NCBI GenBank assembly: GCA_021648465.1
Contig: JAKISR010000003.1
Coordinates: 1,532-65,531 of the forward strand
Origin: Sulfurimonas sp.
Lineage (GTDB): Bacteria > Campylobacterota > Campylobacteria > Campylobacterales > Sulfurimonadaceae
Length of the DNA stretch: 64,000 bases
Reading direction: 5' to 3'
How positions within the stretch are numbered: position 1 is the stretch's first letter; each line of letters starts with the position of its first letter. Positions 30,267-38,720 of this stretch are shown piece by piece. The notes beneath the pieces are model-generated. The model was not told where the DNA came from and did not search any database. It was given only the letters and a program-made list of their open reading frames with translations. A program made the position numbers and the translations under genes.

Positions 30267-30795
30267 TTTCTCTAGGCAAAATATTTATCTTTTAGCAATT
30301 TCTACTTTTTTATTGATTTCTGTTTTGATATTTTCTTTTTCGGTTTTAATTCCTAAAGGTAAAGAGTATAGAATTAAAAAAGCAGAACTTAAAAAAATGG
30401 ATCTTAAAGCAAAGCAACTAGATAATTTTTCATATAAAACAATGGAGATACTTCAAAAATTACAAAGTGACAATCGCCACATCATAACAGCTTTTGATAC
30501 TGATTTTAATCCACAAAGGTTTGAAAAACAGTATAAAAATTTCTTTACGTCTTTAAAGCTATCTAAAAAAACTAGAATTGATAATGATAATGAGTTTAGT
30601 GTATATGAAGTAAATACAACTTCACAAATAAGTTCACCAAAGAGTTTTTACAATTTTTTAGAGGCAATTAATAAAAGTGACTGGATAATCAGTGTAAATT
30701 TTCCAATTAATTTTAAAAGAGATGGTGAAACTATCAATTCACACTTTACAATGAAAGCCTATAAAAATAAAAAAGATTTAAATATTACTAAATAG
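30253..30795 (+). CDS. hypothetical bitopic membrane protein, PilO-like topology
   Basis: It is 180 aa. It has one TM helix (IYLLAISTFLLISVLIFSFSVLI), a coiled coil and a C-terminal domain (FSVYEVNTTSQISSPKSFYNFLEAINKSDWIISV). It overlaps the upstream gene by 14 nt. Confidence 0.6.
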   Translation: MMKINFSRQNIYLLAISTFLLISVLIFSFSVLIPKGKEYRIKKAELKKMDLKAKQLDNFSYKTMEILQKLQSDNRHIITAFDTDFNPQRFEKQYKNFFTSLKLSKKTRIDNDNEFSVYEVNTTSQISSPKSFYNFLEAINKSDWIISVNFPINFKRDGETINSHFTMKAYKNKKDLNITK

Positions 30796-31779
30796 CTCTT
30801 TTACTTTAAAAAAAGCTTTTTCATCTTGGTATAAATAAAGACGTAATTTAGGTTCTATTTTTAAAGCTCTGCACTCCTCTTTAAACTCACGAGACATTGA
30901 AGATTTCAAAGATAAATATGGTGCTATAAATATAAAAAACTCATTTTGATTTACTATAAATTTTCTACCAATAACAACTGTATTTTCATTTTTTAAAAGT
31001 TCTCTTTCATTTGCACTAAGTAGATGTTGTTTTGATTTTAGGTACTTATCTATACTATATATATTTGCTCTTTGATTTTGTGAGTTTTTAAAATATGCAA
31101 ACTTATCAATTGTCTCAATCTCTATTTTTTCTAGTAAATTTTGTTTATCTTCATCAAGATAAACAAAACTTTTTTTAATACCATTTAAATATTTTTCTAA
31201 AAGAGGTGTTGCATAATTGTGTCTAAATGAATTTCTCTTAATATCTTCATTTAAATTACTTTTATCTTGAAAATATATGATATTTTTAGTATTTAAGAAT
31301 TCAAGAAGTTCACTTTTGTCTAAACCTAGAAGTGGACGAATCAGTTGATAATTGTCTCTTTGCTCGACACTCTTCATTCCAGCAAGTTCAACACAACCAG
31401 CACCTTTACAAAATTGCATAAGCATCCATTCAAACCTATCTCCAAGATGATGAGCGGTTAAAAGATTGTTGTATTTATATGAAGAGATTAATTTTTCAAA
31501 AAAGTCATATCTTATCTTTCTTGCAGATGATTCAAAATTTTTCTCAATCTTTTGTGCATTATGAATATGACATGTCAAATTATATTTTAGTGCAATATCT
31601 TTTGCATAAGTAACTTCTTCTTTACTTTGCTCTCTTAGACCATAATCAACAATAGCAATGTCAAATTTTATACCATTTTCTTGTAAAATGAAAAATAGAG
31701 CAGAAGAGTCAACACCACCAGAAAAAGCTAAAAGATTTTTTTTATTTTTTAATTTTGAAAGAGTATTATTTTCAAGCAT
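30778..31779 (-). CDS. tilS: tRNA(Ile)-lysidine synthase
   Basis: The PP-loop SGGVDSS is near the N-terminus, and the size is typical. Confidence 0.9.
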   Translation of the reverse strand: MLENNTLSKLKNKKNLLAFSGGVDSSALFFILQENGIKFDIAIVDYGLREQSKEEVTYAKDIALKYNLTCHIHNAQKIEKNFESSARKIRYDFFEKLISSYKYNNLLTAHHLGDRFEWMLMQFCKGAGCVELAGMKSVEQRDNYQLIRPLLGLDKSELLEFLNTKNIIYFQDKSNLNEDIKRNSFRHNYATPLLEKYLNGIKKSFVYLDEDKQNLLEKIEIETIDKFAYFKNSQNQRANIYSIDKYLKSKQHLLSANERELLKNENTVVIGRKFIVNQNEFFIFIAPYLSLKSSMSREFKEECRALKIEPKLRLYLYQDEKAFFKVKELFSNI

Positions 31780-33085
31780 TATGTACTGCAGCAGTTAAGA
31801 TGTTACCAACTAAGTCTGTAATTTTTGCTTTATAAATTTTACCAAATTCTAAATCTTCATCCTTAGTTCTGTCATTTACATAAATCTCACCATCAATTTC
31901 AGGTGCCCAGATAGTCTCTTTAGCACTTAATAGATATTCATGCTCATCACTCTCGCCATCAATAACAATCTCGACATCTCTACCAATCTCAGCTTTAAGA
32001 GATTTTTCTAAACATTGTGATGATATGTCACCTAAAATATCTGCACGCTCTGCTATGACTTCTGTAGAGATTTTTTCACTCATATCAAAAGCGAGAGTTG
32101 TTTCTTCATCTGAATATGAAAATACATTAATTCTATCAAATCCGAAAGATGAAGCAAATTCACACATCTCATTAAACATCTCTTGTGTTTCATTTGGATG
32201 ACCAACTATAAAACTTGTTCGTACAAAAGAGTTAGGAAGTGATTTCATAAAGTTTAAAAGTTCAAGAGTTTTGCTTTTCCCAAAACCACGCTTCATCATA
32301 AGTAACATTTCATCGTTTATATGTTGAATAGGCATATCAAAGTAATTATGAAAAATTTCACTTTTTGCTATATTTTTAAGAAGTGAGATGGTTGTAGTTG
32401 ATGGATAAAGATAAAGAATTCTTGCACTTTTTACATAATCAATAAGCTCTATTCTTTGGATAAGTAAACTTAGCCCATCTTTAATATTTTGATCTCTTAA
32501 GTAAGAAGAACTATCTTGAGAAATAAAAGAAAAATCATAATAACCTTTTTTTACTAAACCTTCAACCTCTTTAGCAATAGAGTCAAGTCCTCTAGAGTTC
32601 AGTTTACCTTTAAATGATGGGATAGCACAAAAACTACACACTTGGTTACACCCTTCTGAGAGTTTTATGTATGCATGATAAGTTGAACCTGTTACAACTC
32701 TCTCTGCTCCATCTATCAAAAAAACTTCATCAGAGAAACGGCTTTTTCTCTCTTGTAGTAACTCGTCTATTTTGTCATAATCACCAACACCAGTAAAGAT
32801 GTCAACCTCTGGCATTTGAGTAGCTAACTCCTCTTTATATCTCTCACTTAAACATCCAGCCATTACTAAAACAGAATCATCTTTTCTAGCATTGTGAAGA
32901 TTTAAAACTGTATTTATAGATTCCTCTTTAGCAGCTTCGATAAATCCACATGTATTTACAATAATCACATCAGCACTATTTGTTTCATCTGTTAACTCAA
33001 AGTTTTGAAGTTTCCCCATCATCACTTCTGTATCAACTAGATTTTTTGTACAGCCAAGAGAGACTATATGAAGTTTATTACCCAT
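31772..33085 (-). CDS. rimO: ribosomal protein S12 methylthiotransferase
   Basis: SLGCTKN is at the N-terminus, the radical-SAM motif is CNQVCSFC, and there is a TRAM-like C-terminus. The start was set at ATG 33085 (MGNKLHIV) rather than the upstream GTG. Confidence 0.9.
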   Translation of the reverse strand: MGNKLHIVSLGCTKNLVDTEVMMGKLQNFELTDETNSADVIIVNTCGFIEAAKEESINTVLNLHNARKDDSVLVMAGCLSERYKEELATQMPEVDIFTGVGDYDKIDELLQERKSRFSDEVFLIDGAERVVTGSTYHAYIKLSEGCNQVCSFCAIPSFKGKLNSRGLDSIAKEVEGLVKKGYYDFSFISQDSSSYLRDQNIKDGLSLLIQRIELIDYVKSARILYLYPSTTTISLLKNIAKSEIFHNYFDMPIQHINDEMLLMMKRGFGKSKTLELLNFMKSLPNSFVRTSFIVGHPNETQEMFNEMCEFASSFGFDRINVFSYSDEETTLAFDMSEKISTEVIAERADILGDISSQCLEKSLKAEIGRDVEIVIDGESDEHEYLLSAKETIWAPEIDGEIYVNDRTKDEDLEFGKIYKAKITDLVGNILTAAVHNA

Positions 33086-33108
33086 TATTATCACTTATAT
33101 TTTTTGAT

Positions 33109-33114
33109 ATTATA
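33109..33114 (-). promoter_or_regulatory. -10 box TATAAT (minus strand) for rimO-tilS
   Basis: Plus strand attata at 33109-33114 lies 24 nt upstream of the rimO ATG. Confidence 0.4.
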
Positions 33115-33298
33115 CAGTAATTAATTATGCTGATTAAAATACCTATTTATTTGAGTCTATTTTATTTTATTAATGTCAATAATAATAAGGGCACCTCTAA
33201 AACTATTAACACATGATTAAAACTCTTTATCAATATTTGATATATAAATATAATAGTATATGAAGATGATTACAAGATTATTTCAATATAATTTTAGT

Positions 33299-34444
33299 AT
33301 GAAAATATATGACATATTAATTCTTGGAGCAGGAGCAAGTGGGCTGATGTGTGCTTCTCACCTTGATGGAAAACTTAGTGTAGCGATGGTTGATATAAAT
33401 TCTAAAGTCGCACAAAAATTAAAAATTTCTGGTGGCTCAAAGTGTAATATTACAAATGTATATGTAAGTGAGAATAATTATGATGGAGATAGGGAGTTTA
33501 TATCTTACTCACTTAATAATTTTACAAAAGATGATTTGTTAGATTATTTTTATAAACATGGAGTTGAACCAATTATCAAAAAAGAGCGTTATTATTTTTG
33601 TAAAGACTCCTCAGAGGAGATTATAAATGTACTCAAAAAAAACACACAACATGTTGATATACTTTTAAATAGAGACATTTTAAATGTAGAGAAAAAAGAC
33701 AATATATTTGAGGTAAAAACTTCAAAAGGACTTTTAAAAGCAAAAAAACTCATAATAGCAACAGGTGGAAAAAGTTTTAAAAATCTTGGTGCTAGTGATA
33801 TTGGATTGCTAATTGCAAAAAGCTTTGATATAAAAGTAAAAGAGTTTACTCCAGCTCTTGTTGGTTTGACTGTTCAAAAAGAGCAGTTTTGGATGAAAGA
33901 GCTTAGTGGTTTAAGTTGTGAAGTTGAGATAAAAGTAGAAGATAGAGTTTTAAAAGAAGATATGTTATTTACTCATAAAGGGATAAGTGGGCCGTGTGTA
34001 TTGTCTACCTCACTTTATTGGAAAAAAGGAAAAATTTCTATAGATTTTTTGCCTAATAGTAATATTTTAGAGTTAAGTGAGAGCAGTAAAAAACTTATAA
34101 GTTCTGTAATACCTTTACCAAAAAGATTCTCAAAAGAGATACTAAAAGCTTTAGATGTTGATGATATAGAGTGTAAAAAAATAACTAAAGAACAAAAAGT
34201 AAACTTATCAAAGATTCATAACTATGAGTTTGCACCAGCTGGTAATTTTGGATTTAGTAAAGCTGAGGTTTGTCGTGGTGGTGTTTTGAGTGATGAATTA
34301 AATTTTGCAACTTTTGAATCATTACAAAATTCAAACCTCTTTTTTATAGGTGAAGTAATTGATGTTACTGGTGAGCTTGGAGGATATAATTTTCAGTGGG
34401 CTTTTTCTAGTGCTGTTACTTGTGCAAAAGCGATAAATAGTTAA
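33299..34444 (+). CDS. NAD(P)/FAD-dependent oxidoreductase, HI0933/BaiN-like flavoprotein
   Basis: The dinucleotide-binding motif DILILGAGASGLMCA is at the N-terminus once the start is moved to the internal ATG. The C-terminal GEVIDVTGELGGYNFQWAFSS is typical of the HI0933 family. Confidence 0.8.
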   Translation: MKIYDILILGAGASGLMCASHLDGKLSVAMVDINSKVAQKLKISGGSKCNITNVYVSENNYDGDREFISYSLNNFTKDDLLDYFYKHGVEPIIKKERYYFCKDSSEEIINVLKKNTQHVDILLNRDILNVEKKDNIFEVKTSKGLLKAKKLIIATGGKSFKNLGASDIGLLIAKSFDIKVKEFTPALVGLTVQKEQFWMKELSGLSCEVEIKVEDRVLKEDMLFTHKGISGPCVLSTSLYWKKGKISIDFLPNSNILELSESSKKLISSVIPLPKRFSKEILKALDVDDIECKKITKEQKVNLSKIHNYEFAPAGNFGFSKAEVCRGGVLSDELNFATFESLQNSNLFFIGEVIDVTGELGGYNFQWAFSSAVTCAKAINS

Positions 34445-34470
34445 AAAATATAAATAGTGTGAAGTGACAC

Positions 34471-34499
34471 TTGACACTATTTATAAAATAAGGTATAAC
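34471..34499 (+). promoter_or_regulatory. sigma70-type promoter (TTGACA-17 nt-TATAAC) for the MerR-like gene, overlapped by a 12-bp inverted repeat
   Basis: TTGACA is at 34471-76 and TATAAC at 34494-99. The inverted-repeat arms are 34449-34460 and 34474-34485. Confidence 0.45.
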
Positions 34500-34530
34500 T
34501 CTAAAATAAAGAAAATATTTAGGAGTTGTT

Positions 34531-35181
34531 ATGTCTATAAAGATGGCTGAACTTATGAAGCAAACTGGTGAAACACGCTCAACTCTACTTTTTTATGTAA
34601 AAGAGGGTCTACTGCAAGAACCTATGAAATCTAAACCAAATGTGCATCTTTATACAAATGATTCTATAGAGCGTGTTCATATGATTAAAACTTTGCAAAA
34701 TCAACTACATTATACTATCACACAAATCAAACAAGTTTTTGATGATAATTCTTTTGATTTTAATAATGGGGTGGATGTGTTACTACAAAAACTCGATCTT
34801 TTTACTGGTGTTAAACAACATAATTTTAAAACTATAAAAGATGCCTTGGAAGTTTATGATTTAACCCAATGGAGTATAGATTATTATATTAAAGAAGGTG
34901 TTGTTGAAATTCATAATGGTTATTTTAATGATAGTAGTTGGAAAACTCTTAAAATATTAAGTAACCTTAGAAGTTCTTCTAAAAGTAGAGAATTGCTACT
35001 ATCCTATGTAAAAGTTGCAAAAGAGTTGGCTGTATTGGAGATAGACTTGGGGACTGAACTGCTTAACAATGATAATACAAACCTTGCTCAAGAGATTTTT
35101 TTAGATACTATTCTTACCCTTAAACCATATATTTTTAATCTCCAAACAAAACTTGAACACAAAAGGAGAACAGATGTCTAA
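34531..35181 (+). CDS. MerR-family transcriptional regulator with an uncharacterised C-terminal domain
   Basis: The N-terminal HTH MAELMKQTGETRSTLLFYVKEGLL is present. There is no metal-binding Cys pattern. SD taggag lies upstream. Confidence 0.75.
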   Translation: MSIKMAELMKQTGETRSTLLFYVKEGLLQEPMKSKPNVHLYTNDSIERVHMIKTLQNQLHYTITQIKQVFDDNSFDFNNGVDVLLQKLDLFTGVKQHNFKTIKDALEVYDLTQWSIDYYIKEGVVEIHNGYFNDSSWKTLKILSNLRSSSKSRELLLSYVKVAKELAVLEIDLGTELLNNDNTNLAQEIFLDTILTLKPYIFNLQTKLEHKRRTDV

Positions 35182-38100
35182 TGTAACTTCAAATATTTAC
35201 AAGATTAAAGGTTTTTTACCATACATAATAGTTGTGTTTTTAAATGCTTTTACAGATTTAGGACATAAAATAATTATTCAAAACACTATATTTAAAATAT
35301 ATGATGGTCAAACTCAAATAATTTTAACAGCAATAGTAAATGCACTTATTTTGATTCCTTTTATTTTACTTTTTTCTCCAGCAGGTTTTTTATCTGATAA
35401 GTTCAGTAAAAGTAAGGTTATGATTATTGCAGCTTGGGCAGCTGTAGTAATCACACTTGGTATTACACTATCATACTATTTAGGTGAATTCAAATTAGCT
35501 TTTTTCTTAACTTTAGTACTTGCTATTCAGTCTGCTATTTATTCACCTGCTAAGTATGGATATATAAAAGAATTAGTTGGAAATAAGCATCTTACTTTGG
35601 GAAATGGGATTGTTCAAGCTGTTACAACTGTTGCCATTTTAGGTGGTATCTTTATCTACTCTGTATTTTTTGAAGGTTTATTAGCTGGAGAAACTTTTAA
35701 TACAAGTGAGGAGCTATTAATAGCTATTGCACCGATAGGTTGGGCTTTGGTAGTTGGTTCTTTAGTTGAGCTTTTTCTTGCATATAAACTTCCAGATACA
35801 AAGATAAATAGTAAGAAAAAATTTAATTTTAAAAAATATTATACAGGTAAATATTTAAAAAATAATATGAAAATAATCAATAGTAATAGTATTATCTTTC
35901 ATTCTATTATTGGTCTTTCATTGTTTTGGTCTATCTCTCAGGTAATTCTTGCAAGTTTTCCATCATATGCAAAAGAAGTGCTGTTTATGCAAAATACTAT
36001 AGTTGTTCAAGGTATGATGGCATTAGCTGGGGTTGGCATAGTTATTGGCTCTATTATTGTTGGAAATATTTCTAAAAATTACATAGAAACAGGAAGTATT
36101 CCAGTAGGTGCTTTAGGTATAACAATAGCACTATTTCTTCTTCCAAATCTGATAAATCCTATCCTTATAGGTATAAATTTTTTGGTTTTTGGTTTTTTTG
36201 CGGCTTTTTTTATTGTACCGTTAAATGCACTTATTCAGATTAATGCAAAAGAGCATGAACTAGGTATTACTATAGCTGGTAATAATTTTGTACAAAATGT
36301 ATTTATGGTTAGTTTTTTAGCTTTTACTGTCGTACTTGCTATTTTTGGAGCGAGTGGAGTTAGTCTGTTTTACCTGATGTTATTTATTTCAATTGTTGGA
36401 TCTGTATATGTGATTAAATATATTCCACAATCAATGATAATATTTTTAGTATCTTTTATTGTTTCACGCCGTTTTAAAATTGATGTCTTAGGGTTTAATA
36501 ATGTTCCTCAAACAGGTGGTGTTCTTCTTTTGGGAAATCATATCTCATGGCTAGATTGGGCAATCATACAGATTACAATGCCTCGTAAAGTTCGTTTTGT
36601 AATGGAGAGAACTATATATGAAAGATGGTATTTGAAATTTTTTCTAAATTTCTTTAAAGCCGTACCAATCTCAGCTCGTGGAGTAAAAGAGGCTGCACAA
36701 AAAGTTAGTGAACTTTTAAATAGTGGTGAAGTAGTTTGTCTTTTTCCTGAGGGAACTATTAGTCGTACAGGACAATTAAGTGAGTTTAAAAGAGGTTTTG
36801 AATTTATGGCAAAAAATGCAAATGCTGTTATAGTTCCATTTTATCTTTGTGGTTTGTGGGGAAGTAGATTTTCCCGTTCATCTTCAAAATTTAAAGAAGC
36901 TAAGAAAACTAAAAAGCGTGATATTGTTGTCTCTTTTGCAAAGCCTATAAATATATCTAGTTGTGCTGTTGATGTAAAGCAAAAAGTTTTTGAGCTATCT
37001 ATTAGTTCATGGAAACACTTTACACAAAACTTTCCATCTATGCAAGAAGCTTGGGTAAATACTGCTAAGCGTTTGGGTTCTGAGTTTTGTATGGCTGATT
37101 CAAAAGGTAAAGCTATATCTTTTTCAAAAGCCTTAACAGGTACAATTTTATTCTCAAACTTTATACAAAAAAACTCTGAACAAAATATTGGTATATTGAT
37201 GCCAACAGTATCAGCTGGTGCTATAGTAAATATGGCAGCTCTAATGGCTGGTAAAACAGTTGTAAATCTTAATTATACAGCATCGATGAGTTCTTTAAAA
37301 ACCTCAATAAAAAAAGCTGAGATAAAAACTATATACACAGCAAAAGAGTTTATAGAAAAGCTAAAAACAAAAGGTTTTAATATAGATGAACTTCTTGGTG
37401 AAAGTAAAATTATCTATCTTGAAGAGCTAAAAGCTGAGATATCAAAATCAAAAGCATTAGTAACATTTTTTATGGTTAAGTTATTACCATCTTTTATAAT
37501 TAAGAGTTTGTTTATAAAAAAAGCATTAAGTGAGGATGTTGCTGCAATACTTTTTAGTTCAGGTTCAGAAGGTGAACCAAAAGGTGTAATGCTTACTCAT
37601 AAAAACTTTATGGCAAACATTAGACAGATTTCAGATGTTTTAAATATGCAAGATGAAGATGTACTTTTAGCATCTTTGCCATTATTTCATGCTTTTGGAT
37701 TAACTGCTACAACTTGGTTACCTATGATTGAAGGGATTCCAATGGTTTGTCATCCAGACCCAACTGATGCTGTAGGGATAGGAAAAGCTATTGCAAGATA
37801 TAGAGCAACTGTTATGTTTGGAACTTCAACTTTTTTAAGACTTTATGCAAAAAATAAAAAAGTACACCCTTTAATGTTAGAGAGTCTTAGGCTTATTATT
37901 GCAGGTGCAGAGAAATTAAATCCTGAAGTTAGAAAAATGTTTAAAGAGAAGTTTCATAAAAATATATATGAGGGATATGGAGTAACAGAATCTTCACCTG
38001 CTTCTAGTATAAATATACCAGATATCTTAATAACAAATAAGCTTACTATTCAAGTAGGAAGTAAGGAGGGTAGCATAGGTTTACCGCTTCCAGGAACAGC

Positions 38101-38632
38101 TTTTAAAATAGTTGATCCAAACACTTTAAAAGAGTTAGACATAGATGAAGATGGATTGATTTTGATAGGTGGACCACAAGTTATGAAAGGTTATCTCAAA
38201 GATGATAAAAAAACTAAAGAAGTTATGACAGAAATAGATGGGCAGAAGTGGTATAAAACAGGAGATAAAGGTCACTTAGATTTAGATGGTTATCTTTATA
38301 TAGTAGATAGATATTCCCGTTTTGCTAAACTTGGTGGGGAGATGGTCTCACTTGGAGCTATTGAGAGTGAGATTCAAACATATATAAATAATTCTGACGT
38401 AGAACTTTTAAGTGTAAATTTGCCAGATGAGAAAAAAGGCGAAAAGATTGTTTTACTTATTCAAGGATATGAAGATGCATCAACACTTAAAAAAGCTTTG
38501 GTTGATTCAGGAATGAATCCATTAACAATCCCTTCTGAAGTATTTGAAGTTCAAAGTATTCCAAAACTTGGAAGTGGAAAAAGTGATTTTGCAGGTGCAA
38601 AAAAATTGGCTTTAGAGCTGTGCAGAGAATAA
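35174..38632 (+). CDS. aas: triple-domain fusion: MFS lysophospholipid transporter (LplT-like), PlsC-type acyltransferase, and acyl-ACP synthetase (Aas-like)
   Basis: The N-terminal ~430 aa form about 12 TM helices. The HX4D acyltransferase motif is NHISWLD. The AMP-binding motif is FSSGSEGEPKGVMLTHKN, with YGVTESS and GDKG further on. The start was set at the ATG behind SD aaggag (ORF track 35153). Confidence 0.85.
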   Translation: MSNVTSNIYKIKGFLPYIIVVFLNAFTDLGHKIIIQNTIFKIYDGQTQIILTAIVNALILIPFILLFSPAGFLSDKFSKSKVMIIAAWAAVVITLGITLSYYLGEFKLAFFLTLVLAIQSAIYSPAKYGYIKELVGNKHLTLGNGIVQAVTTVAILGGIFIYSVFFEGLLAGETFNTSEELLIAIAPIGWALVVGSLVELFLAYKLPDTKINSKKKFNFKKYYTGKYLKNNMKIINSNSIIFHSIIGLSLFWSISQVILASFPSYAKEVLFMQNTIVVQGMMALAGVGIVIGSIIVGNISKNYIETGSIPVGALGITIALFLLPNLINPILIGINFLVFGFFAAFFIVPLNALIQINAKEHELGITIAGNNFVQNVFMVSFLAFTVVLAIFGASGVSLFYLMLFISIVGSVYVIKYIPQSMIIFLVSFIVSRRFKIDVLGFNNVPQTGGVLLLGNHISWLDWAIIQITMPRKVRFVMERTIYERWYLKFFLNFFKAVPISARGVKEAAQKVSELLNSGEVVCLFPEGTISRTGQLSEFKRGFEFMAKNANAVIVPFYLCGLWGSRFSRSSSKFKEAKKTKKRDIVVSFAKPINISSCAVDVKQKVFELSISSWKHFTQNFPSMQEAWVNTAKRLGSEFCMADSKGKAISFSKALTGTILFSNFIQKNSEQNIGILMPTVSAGAIVNMAALMAGKTVVNLNYTASMSSLKTSIKKAEIKTIYTAKEFIEKLKTKGFNIDELLGESKIIYLEELKAEISKSKALVTFFMVKLLPSFIIKSLFIKKALSEDVAAILFSSGSEGEPKGVMLTHKNFMANIRQISDVLNMQDEDVLLASLPLFHAFGLTATTWLPMIEGIPMVCHPDPTDAVGIGKAIARYRATVMFGTSTFLRLYAKNKKVHPLMLESLRLIIAGAEKLNPEVRKMFKEKFHKNIYEGYGVTESSPASSINIPDILITNKLTIQVGSKEGSIGLPLPGTAFKIVDPNTLKELDIDEDGLILIGGPQVMKGYLKDDKKTKEVMTEIDGQKWYKTGDKGHLDLDGYLYIVDRYSRFAKLGGEMVSLGAIESEIQTYINNSDVELLSVNLPDEKKGEKIVLLIQGYEDASTLKKALVDSGMNPLTIPSEVFEVQSIPKLGSGKSDFAGAKKLALELCRE

Positions 38633-38720
38633 AATAATTTTTTTTGATATTTATATTATGTATTAGTTTTATTACAGTATAGTTAAGTTTCAAATATTAA
38701 ATTAAGGAGATGATAGTTAA

